From Chloroflexota bacterium (GTDB lineage: Bacteria > Chloroflexota > Limnocylindria > P2-11E): 64,000 nt of DNA. The stretch covers positions 49,545 through 113,544 of the forward strand of contig VBDV01000111.1 of NCBI GenBank assembly GCA_005882765.1, in the 5' to 3' direction. Shown here piece after piece: positions 57,114 through 64,000 of this stretch; positions within the stretch are counted from its first letter, which is position 1; every line of letters starts with the position of its first letter. The translations under genes and the position numbers were made by a program. The notes below the pieces were generated by a model. That model saw only the letters and a list, made by a program, of their open reading frames with translations, had not been told where the DNA came from and ran no database searches.

Positions 57114-57686
57114 ATGGCCAAGGACGACAAGAAGAAAAAGAAACCGAGTGAGGACGTCGTCGATCTGGCGGCGCGGATCGGCGCGCGTCAGTCGTCGCCC
57201 AACACGACCCCTCCCGACGTCGCACCACCGCAGGCACCGCCACCGCCTCCGCCCACACGCCTCGACGGACCTATCCCTTCGGCTCCGAAGCCGCGCCTCG
57301 TACCGGCCAAAGAGGATCGGCTCCAGGGCGCGATGATCCAGAAGGCCCTGGTCGAGGAGGATCAAAAGCCCGAGCCCGCGATCCCATCCCCGCGCGCGGC
57401 GCCCGGACCGGGCGAGATCGATCTCGTCGTCACGCCGCTCCCCACACCGGACGACTGGCACCGCTTCGAGCTCGCGCTCCGCAAGGTGCGCGGGGTGGGG
57501 CAGCTTCGGACCGAGTACTACCGGCACGGCGTCCTGAAGGTGAGAGTGAGCTACCAGGGAGCGGACCGCCTTGCCGCCGTGCTCCGCGCCGGCGTTCCCG
57601 GATATCGCGTCCGGGTCATCGGCGAGGACCGCGCGACGTTGCAGATCCTGGTCACATCCGAGGGTGACGAGCGCCGGCCCGGCTGA
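57114..57686 (+). CDS. Lys-rich/Pro-rich hypothetical protein with a C-terminal domain shared with the DivIVA-like protein
   Basis: N-terminal MAKDDKKKKKP and PPQAPPPPPP. C-terminus IDLVVTPLPTPDDWHRFELALRKVRGVGQLRTEYY...VRVSY aligns with the DivIVA-like protein's C-terminus. Confidence 0.5.
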   Translation: MAKDDKKKKKPSEDVVDLAARIGARQSSPNTTPPDVAPPQAPPPPPPTRLDGPIPSAPKPRLVPAKEDRLQGAMIQKALVEEDQKPEPAIPSPRAAPGPGEIDLVVTPLPTPDDWHRFELALRKVRGVGQLRTEYYRHGVLKVRVSYQGADRLAAVLRAGVPGYRVRVIGEDRATLQILVTSEGDERRPG

Positions 57687-57718
57687 AACGAAGCGCAGAG
57701 GACGACGTAGCCGATAGA

Positions 57719-59008
57719 GTGGACGCGATGTCCGACTTCGAGACGCGCGCTCGCAAGGTCCTCCCGCCCGTGCTTGGCCACTACACGTGGCTTTCGATCG
57801 AGCGCGGGGAGGGGAGCTGGCTCGTCACGACCGACGGACGGCGCCTGCTCGATCTGACCTGCGGCATCGCTGTCACCGCGGTGGGTCATTCGCATCCGCG
57901 CGTCGTGAAGGCGGTCGTCGACCAGGCCCAGCGACTCATGCACATCTCGACCGGTGTCGCAAAGTACGAATCGAGCATCGCTCTCGCCGAACAGCTCGCG
58001 ACGATCACGCCGCGCGGCCTCGATACGGTCTTCTTTGGCAACAGCGGCGCCGAAGCGGTCGAGGCGGCGATCAAGCTGTCGCGCCAGACGACCGGTCGCG
58101 AGGCGATCATCGCGTTCCGCGGCGGATTCCACGGCCGCACCGTGGGTGCGGCCAGCCTCACGACGTCGAAGTCTCAGTACCGCCGCGGCTACGGTGCGCT
58201 GCTCCCCGAGGTGTACGTCGCCCCGTATCCGTACCCGCTCGCGTGCGCGCTGCCCGAGCCGCACGACGCCGAATCGTGCGCGGCGCATTGCCTCGCCGAG
58301 CTCGACGCGATGCTCGAGCACGAGGTCCCGCCGGAGCACGTCGCTGCGATCGTGATCGAGCCGGTGCTCGGCGAGGGCGGCTACGTTGCGGCCCCCGCGT
58401 CCTTCATCCGTGCGGTCCGCGAGCTCGCAACGAAGATCGGCGCTCTGCTCGTGTTCGACGAGATCCAGACGGGCATGGGCCGCACGGGTGCGTGGTTCGC
58501 CGCGCAGAAGTTCGGCGTGACGCCGGACGTCATCACTGCCGCAAAGGCGCTCGGTGGCGGAATGCCACTCGGTGCGGTGATCTCGACGCGCGAGCGTATG
58601 GAGAAGTGGCGCACCGGCACGCACGGCTCGACCTTCGGGGGCAACCCGGTCTCCTGCGCAGCGGGGCTCGCCACCCTTCAGGTCATACGCGACGAGAACC
58701 TCGTGGCCCGGGCTGAGACCATCGGCGAGATCATGGTCGAGGAGCTCGCTCCCCTGCGCTCGCATCCGCGTCTCCGCGAGGTCCGCCGCTTCGGCGCCAT
58801 GGTGGCGGCAGAATTCGACGAGAAGTCCGTCGCGAAGGCTGCGATCGCGGCGTCGCTGGAGCGCGATGTCCTTCTGATCACCTGCGGGTTCCACGATCAG
58901 GTGGTTCGCTTCATACCCGCGCTGAATATCGGTGAGAACGACCTTCGCAAGGGCATGCGTTCGTTCGTCGAGGCCGCTCGTTCGGCCCAGGTGGCTTCGC
59001 CCGCCTAA
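57719..59008 (+). CDS. class-III (aspartate aminotransferase family) PLP-dependent aminotransferase
   Basis: GNSGAEAVEAAIK, VFDEIQTGMGRTG and AKALGGGMPLGAV motifs. Confidence 0.85.
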   Translation: MDAMSDFETRARKVLPPVLGHYTWLSIERGEGSWLVTTDGRRLLDLTCGIAVTAVGHSHPRVVKAVVDQAQRLMHISTGVAKYESSIALAEQLATITPRGLDTVFFGNSGAEAVEAAIKLSRQTTGREAIIAFRGGFHGRTVGAASLTTSKSQYRRGYGALLPEVYVAPYPYPLACALPEPHDAESCAAHCLAELDAMLEHEVPPEHVAAIVIEPVLGEGGYVAAPASFIRAVRELATKIGALLVFDEIQTGMGRTGAWFAAQKFGVTPDVITAAKALGGGMPLGAVISTRERMEKWRTGTHGSTFGGNPVSCAAGLATLQVIRDENLVARAETIGEIMVEELAPLRSHPRLREVRRFGAMVAAEFDEKSVAKAAIAASLERDVLLITCGFHDQVVRFIPALNIGENDLRKGMRSFVEAARSAQVASPA

Positions 59009-59102
59009 TGTCTCTTGCGGCCCTTTTTGGTCGCATTCAGCGGCAGCGCCAAAACGATCTGCTACCAGATTTTGTGCCGGCAATCTTGATGACCCCTAGC
59101 GC

Positions 59103-59131
59103 TTGACATCGCCTTTTCTCGGGTCTACGGT
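59103..59131 (+). promoter_or_regulatory. promoter-like element (TTGACA -17 nt- TACGGT) in the 333-bp nrdJ leader
   Basis: Hexamers seen directly in the sequence. No experimental support. Confidence 0.25.
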
Positions 59132-59341
59132 TCGCCTCCTGCACCCGCTAGATGTTGGGTCTGACCGGGCGGCTGGGCCCAGATGTAGTGGCAAGGCCTG
59201 AGCATCAGGGAAGGTAGAAGGAGGGTCCAAATGACCCGTTGGCCGTTCGCTTTCGCGTCCGCAGGCGAGAGGCTCCTTCTCCTTCTTTTAAGGGCTCTGG
59301 CGAGCGGCTCGAACATCGCGGCTTTCTAGGGGGACACGCAC

Positions 59342-62140
59342 ATGGCAATCGCTGACATCGCGGAAGTCTCTGTTGAGCGCGCGGAGCCGAAAGGCCTTCG
59401 GATCGACCGCCGTTTCACTCGCGAGGGCACCCACCCGTACGACGAGATCGAGTGGGAGCGCCGCGACTCGGCAATCCCGGGTGAGACCGGCAACGTCTTC
59501 GAGCAGAAGGCCGTCGAGGTCCCGAAGTTCTGGTCGCAGACGGCCACGAACGTCGTCGCGTCGAAATACTTCCGCGGCAAGCTCGGCTCGCCCGAGCGTG
59601 AGTCAAGCGTTAAGCAGATGGTCGATCGCGTCGTCGACACCATCGCCCGCGCCGGTTTCGAGGGCGGCTATTTCGCGAGCGCTTCAGATCGCGACGCCTT
59701 CGCCGACGAGCTCAAGTACCTCATGGTCCACCAGTACGCCTCGTTCAACTCGCCGGTGTGGTTCAACATCGGAGTGGAGGGAGTTCCCCAACAGGCGAGC
59801 GCGTGCTTCATCCTCTCGGTCGAGGACGACATGCACTCCATCCTCGACTGGTTCCGTGACGAGGGGATCATTTTCAAGGGCGGGTCCGGCTCGGGCGTGA
59901 ACGTCTCACGGATCCGGTCGCAGAAGGAGAACCTCTCCGGCGGCGGCTTCGCCTCCGGTCCGGTGTCGTTCATGCGCGGTGCCGACTCGGTCGCCGGCTC
60001 GATCAAGTCGGGGGGCACCACGAGGCGCGCCGCGAAGATGGTCATCCTCGACGCCGACCACCCTGATCTCCACGAGTTCATCTGGTGCAAGGCCAAAGAA
60101 GAAAAGAAGGCGTGGGCGCTCGGCGAGGCGGGCTACGACATGAGCCTGAACGGGGAAGCCTGGCAGTCGATCCAGTTCCAGAACGCGAACAACTCCGTGC
60201 GCGTGACCGACGAGTTCATGAAGAAAGCTCAGACCGACGAGGACTGGAGTCTCACCGCGCGGATCGGCGGGAACGTCCTCGAGACGCTGAAGGCGCGTGC
60301 GCTTTTGAGGGAGATCGCGGAAGCCGCATGGCAATGCGGGGATCCGGGCATGCAGTTCGACACGACGATCAACGACTGGCACACCTCTCCGGCGAGTGGA
60401 CGGATCAACGGATCGAACCCGTGCAGCGAGTACATGAGCATCGACGACTCGGCGTGCAATCTCGCGTCGCTCAATCTGCTTCGCTTCGTGCACAGCGACG
60501 GCGAGTTCGACGTCGAACGCTTCCGGGCCGCCGTCGAGATCGTCTTCACGGCGCAGGAGATCCTCGTCGGCCACTCCGACTACCCGACCGCGAAGATCGC
60601 CGAGAACGCGCGCTCCCACCGTCAGCTCGGTCTGGGGTACGCAAACCTCGGCGCGCTCCTCATGCAGCGCGGGTTGCCGTACGACTCGAACCAGGGCCGT
60701 GCCTATGCCGCCGCGGTGACCGCACTCATGACCGGTGCGGCGTACTCGCAGTCCGGTCGGATCGCGGAAGCAGTGGGGCCGTACGAGGCGTACCCGAAGA
60801 ACAAGGACGCGCACGACCGGGTCATCCAGATGCACCGACTGCACGCATACCGCATCCGGGACGAGCTCCTCCCCGCGAGTCTTCTTTCGGCGGCGCGTCA
60901 GGCCTGGGACGACGCGGTCGCGTTCGGGCGGCCCGCGGGATATCGCAACGCGCAGGCATCGGTCCTCGCGCCGACGGGAACGATCAGCTTCATGATGGAT
61001 TGCGACACGACCGGCGTTGAGCCGGACATCGCGCTCGTGAAGTACAAGAAGCTCGTCGGTGGCGGGATGCTGAAGCTCGTCAACGGGAGCGTCCCCACGG
61101 CGCTACGGCGCCTTGGGTACAGCGACACCGAGTCCGGCGCCATCACCACCTACATCGAGCAGTACGGCACCATCGAAGGTGCCCCCGGCATCAAGGACGA
61201 GGATCTCCCGGTCTTCGACTGCGCGTTCAAGCCGCAGAACGGCGAGCGCACGATCCACCACATGGGCCACATCAAGATGATGGGTGCGGTCCAGCCATTC
61301 ATCTCCGGTGCGATCTCGAAGACCGTGAACCTTCCCGAGACCGCGACCATCGACGATGTCACCGAGGCGTACGTCGAGGCGTGGAAGCACGGGCTCAAGG
61401 CCATCGCCGTCTATCGCGACGGAAGCAAGAAGGTCCAGCCCGTCAACACGACCAACAAAGAGAGCAACGCCAAGGCCGTCGAAACGGTCGTCGAGCGCAT
61501 CGTCGAGGTCACGCGGCCGCAGCGTCGCCGCCTCGCCGACACGCGGGCGTCGCTCACGCACAAGTTCTCGATCGAGGGTCACGAGGGATACATCACCGTC
61601 GGGCTGTTCGAGGACAACACTCCGGGTGAGCTCTTCGTCACCATGGCGAAGGAAGGTTCGACCCTGTCGGGCATGATGGACGCGTTCGCGACGAGCGTGT
61701 CGCTGCTCTTCCAGTACGGCGTTCCGCTCTCGCACCTCGTCGAGAAGTTCGGGCATATGCGTTTCGAGCCCGCCGGTTGGACCGGCAATCCCGAGATCGG
61801 TTTCGCGAAGTCGATCGTCGACTACGTCTTCCGCTGGTTGGGGAACCGTTTCCTATCCGAGCCCGACCGCGCGGCGCTCGGGCTTGTCCGCACGACCGAG
61901 GTCGCCGACGCGACGTCACAGCTCGAGCTTCTGAATCGCGTTGTACAGCTCGCGACACCCGAAGTGCCGGCCGCGAACGGCAACGGGCACGCCGTCGCCC
62001 CCGTCCCCGACGCCCCCGGCTACCGACGACTCAATTCCACACCCGACGCGCCCCCCTGCCCGCGCTGCGGCTGGCTCACCGTTCGAAGCGGCACCTGCCA
62101 CAAGTGCGAGAACTGTGGAGAGACGACCGGGTGTAGCTGA
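59342..62140 (+). CDS. nrdJ: class II adenosylcobalamin-dependent ribonucleotide reductase
   Basis: 932 aa. NPCSEY active-site Cys loop, a B12-dependent RNR core and a C-terminal CxxC...CxxC zinc ribbon. Confidence 0.95.
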   Translation: MAIADIAEVSVERAEPKGLRIDRRFTREGTHPYDEIEWERRDSAIPGETGNVFEQKAVEVPKFWSQTATNVVASKYFRGKLGSPERESSVKQMVDRVVDTIARAGFEGGYFASASDRDAFADELKYLMVHQYASFNSPVWFNIGVEGVPQQASACFILSVEDDMHSILDWFRDEGIIFKGGSGSGVNVSRIRSQKENLSGGGFASGPVSFMRGADSVAGSIKSGGTTRRAAKMVILDADHPDLHEFIWCKAKEEKKAWALGEAGYDMSLNGEAWQSIQFQNANNSVRVTDEFMKKAQTDEDWSLTARIGGNVLETLKARALLREIAEAAWQCGDPGMQFDTTINDWHTSPASGRINGSNPCSEYMSIDDSACNLASLNLLRFVHSDGEFDVERFRAAVEIVFTAQEILVGHSDYPTAKIAENARSHRQLGLGYANLGALLMQRGLPYDSNQGRAYAAAVTALMTGAAYSQSGRIAEAVGPYEAYPKNKDAHDRVIQMHRLHAYRIRDELLPASLLSAARQAWDDAVAFGRPAGYRNAQASVLAPTGTISFMMDCDTTGVEPDIALVKYKKLVGGGMLKLVNGSVPTALRRLGYSDTESGAITTYIEQYGTIEGAPGIKDEDLPVFDCAFKPQNGERTIHHMGHIKMMGAVQPFISGAISKTVNLPETATIDDVTEAYVEAWKHGLKAIAVYRDGSKKVQPVNTTNKESNAKAVETVVERIVEVTRPQRRRLADTRASLTHKFSIEGHEGYITVGLFEDNTPGELFVTMAKEGSTLSGMMDAFATSVSLLFQYGVPLSHLVEKFGHMRFEPAGWTGNPEIGFAKSIVDYVFRWLGNRFLSEPDRAALGLVRTTEVADATSQLELLNRVVQLATPEVPAANGNGHAVAPVPDAPGYRRLNSTPDAPPCPRCGWLTVRSGTCHKCENCGETTGCS

Positions 62141-62191
62141 TTTCCTCCGTCAGGCCCTGGCCGGCCCGCCCGTCGGCCAGTTCTGCCTACT

Positions 62192-62234
62192 GCCCGGGCA
62201 CTCCCTGCTCCCCTGGGGTGCCCGGGCTTTTTTT
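62192..62234 (+). terminator. rho-independent terminator downstream of nrdJ
   Basis: GCCCGGGCAC-(17-nt loop)-GTGCCCGGGC followed by T7. Confidence 0.75.
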
Positions 62235-62254
62235 GTCTGAATCGCGGAACGCCT

Positions 62255-62460
62255 GAGCGGTGTGCGTGGGTCCTCCGTCGGGCGGTGAGCAGCGCCGGGG
62301 TCCTCCGTCGGGCGGTGAGCAGCGCCGGGGCCGAGCGAAGAAGACCCCGGCGCTGCCCTCGGTGCAGACCGCGATCCCACGAGGGCCGCCCGGTCCGCTC
62401 GCTCAGAAGACCCGACGCTGCTCACCCGCTCCTCCGTGCCACCCGCACACACCCCGCGAA
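62255..62460. repeat. intergenic repeat element copy B, including an exact 2 x 30-bp tandem direct repeat (62271..62330)
   Basis: TCCTCCGTCGGGCGGTGAGCAGCGCCGGGG occurs twice in tandem. The flanks match copy A in both orientations (GGGGCCGAGCGAAGAAGACCCCGGCGCTGC; CGCTCGCTCAGAAGACCCGACGCTGCTCACCCGC). Confidence 0.6.
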
Positions 62461-62730
62461 TGTTCCTTCTGCGATCCTTGGCTCGCCGCATTTACGCATT
62501 GCTAACTAGTCGGAATGAAATAGCTCGGCTGTTAGGAGTGTCGCGTAGGAGACAGACGTAGTAGTTGGTAACGTCTCAAATCAGTCGCCCACTGACCGGA
62601 ACGTGGCTGACACTTCGTTCGTCTAGGTATGTGAAGAGTTCGTACCGAGCAAGCGTGCGAATGCTCCACGGCACAACCCTTGCTCGAACAGTCGACGCGC
62701 CAATTGGTGGGCGCAGGGGAGGCGGACAGC

Positions 62731-64000
62731 ATGGCGGTTTTCGCGCGAAGCGGCGATCAGGCTCGGACATCACGCCGCGGCCTGTGGATGCTTGCCGTCG
62801 CGCCCATCGCCGCGATCGCTCTGGCGATCGGCGCCGCGTTCGCCGCCGACGCGGTCTACGCGCACCGTGCTCTCCCCGGCATGTCCGTCGGCAGCGTCGA
62901 GATAGGTTCGCTCGAGGCCAGCGCGATCCGCGAACGGCTTGCGACCGGGCTCGCCGCGCCCTGGGCGACGTCGACGGTGGCCCTCGTCGACGGATCGCGA
63001 ACCTGGCAGACCACGAACGCCGAGCTGGGGATCGCGCCAGATATCGATGCAGCCATCGCTGAGGCTTTGAGCTATGGAAAATCCGGAGGCATGTTCGACC
63101 GGCTCGGTGCCTGGATCGACGCCGTTCGCGGCCAGGCGAACGTTCCGTTCGCAATGCACGCCAAGGGCGACGCCCTCGACAAATGGGTGGCGGCCGCGGC
63201 TCGCGACACCGATCGCGCGTCGGTCTCCGGCGAGCTTCGTCTCGGGTCGACGGGTCTTGCGGTGACCCAACCGGCGCTCGGTCGTGAAGTTGATCGCATC
63301 AGCACGGTCGCGGCACTTCTCTCAGCCGACTCGCTCGGCGACCGCGAGGTCGCGCTCCGTGTTCGCACGTCGTATCCCGCCGTCGACGCGTCCGGATTCG
63401 ACGAGGCCTACGCGCGCGCCGCCGCGGTCGTCACACCCGTGACCGTGCATGTCGAGGATCGGACCTTCGTCGAGAACGCCACGTATCTTTCGAGTCTCCT
63501 CGCGATCGAGCGCGTCGCCGCGAAGCCGGGCGAGCTTCCCGCGATCCCGCAAGACGCGATCGCTCCTGCGATCAGGTATCGCTACCAGGTCTCGCTCGTG
63601 AACGAGCGCGTCGCGAGCTGGGCCGCGGCTCTCGCGTTGGTGCTCGATCATCCGGGCAAGAGCGCGAAGTTCACGCTGAGCGCCGAGCACGTGCCGTCGA
63701 TCGTTCCCTCCGAGAGCGGGGTCAAGGTCGATCAGGAGAAGCTCCGCGCGATGGTGCTCGACGATCTCGTGCGTCCGATTACCGGAGCGACGCGCGACCT
63801 CGCGGCACCGGCGGTGGTCGATGCGTCGGCGTTTACCACCGAGCAGGCGAAGGCGCTTCTTCCGAATCTGGTTCGGACGTCGACGTTCACCACGTACTAC
63901 CCGCCGAGCGCGTCGCGTCACGCGAACATCTCGACGGGCGCGTCGCAATTCGACGGGGTCGTCATCCTCCCGGGACAGACGTTCTCGTTCTGGGAGCTCC
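62731..64000 (+). CDS. VanW family protein, 5' partial (runs off the window end)
   Basis: Not in the ORF track because no stop is reached. ATG at 62731 with a GGGGAGG RBS. N-terminal TM, then a VanW-type C-terminus (...ILPGQTFSFWEL). Confidence 0.7.
   Translation, partial: MAVFARSGDQARTSRRGLWMLAVAPIAAIALAIGAAFAADAVYAHRALPGMSVGSVEIGSLEASAIRERLATGLAAPWATSTVALVDGSRTWQTTNAELGIAPDIDAAIAEALSYGKSGGMFDRLGAWIDAVRGQANVPFAMHAKGDALDKWVAAAARDTDRASVSGELRLGSTGLAVTQPALGREVDRISTVAALLSADSLGDREVALRVRTSYPAVDASGFDEAYARAAAVVTPVTVHVEDRTFVENATYLSSLLAIERVAAKPGELPAIPQDAIAPAIRYRYQVSLVNERVASWAAALALVLDHPGKSAKFTLSAEHVPSIVPSESGVKVDQEKLRAMVLDDLVRPITGATRDLAAPAVVDASAFTTEQAKALLPNLVRTSTFTTYYPPSASRHANISTGASQFDGVVILPGQTFSFWEL

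Noticed and set aside
59120-59140. GGTTCGCCTCC looked like a tRNA T-loop in the nrdJ leader
   Set aside because: No acceptor or anticodon stems could be formed around it. Not a tRNA.
60085-61020. 311-aa + ORF and other ORFs within nrdJ
   Set aside because: Out of frame relative to an unambiguous 932-aa NrdJ.
62271-62330. Exact 30-bp tandem duplication. Possible CRISPR or attachment site?
   Set aside because: Only two contiguous copies and no spacers. It lies inside a larger inverted-repeat element, so it is better explained as replication slippage within a REP/MITE-like repeat.

Overview
High-GC (~70%) chromosomal window, probably from an actinobacterial or Chloroflexi-like genome. Coding density is high, GTG starts are frequent, and several gene pairs overlap by ATGA/GTGA. 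I see no rRNA, tRNA, CRISPR array, transposase or integrase.

The first ~30 kb is housekeeping and metal homeostasis:
- dxs, an SDR oxidoreductase and an SGNH hydrolase.
- A thioredoxin reductase fused to a cNMP-binding domain, and an orphan GvpA/J gas-vesicle-protein gene.
- A tldD–pmbA pair.
- A ycnI/ycnJ-like copper operon (CopC-CopD-YtkA) downstream of a Fur-family regulator, with a divergent NicO-like transporter.
- A zur–znuACB zinc regulon with a palindromic box, then a CDF exporter and a DUF1858–Mrp/ApbC fusion.
- An AlkZ/YcaQ-like gene, a flippase, a polytopic membrane protein and an S8 protease.

The stretch from ~30.4 to 57.7 kb is regulator-dense and looks accessory. Its centrepiece is a 2485-aa single ORF (32775..40232). 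N- to C-terminal it reads: NarL-type receiver, T2SS-E N-terminal-like domain, one TM helix, a FecR domain, ~375 uninterrupted collagen-like G-X-X triplets, and a T/G/N-rich tail-fibre-like C-terminus ending in a poly-Gly domain. It is followed by three tandem paralogous small membrane-anchored proteins. Two paralogous tail-anchored pseudo-receiver proteins sit at either end of this stretch, each beside a NarL-type two-component pair. Also in this stretch: a LuxR-type regulator, secreted TIG/FN3 and TPR proteins, a YfhO-like 1106-aa membrane protein with a GT2, and a DivIVA-like coiled-coil protein that shares a C-terminal domain with a neighbouring Lys/Pro-rich protein.

The last part holds a class-III aminotransferase, class II B12-dependent RNR (nrdJ) behind a long leader, and the start of a VanW-family gene. 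A hairpin-forming repetitive element occurs at three loci. Many long antisense or out-of-frame ORFs in the track are high-GC artefacts.
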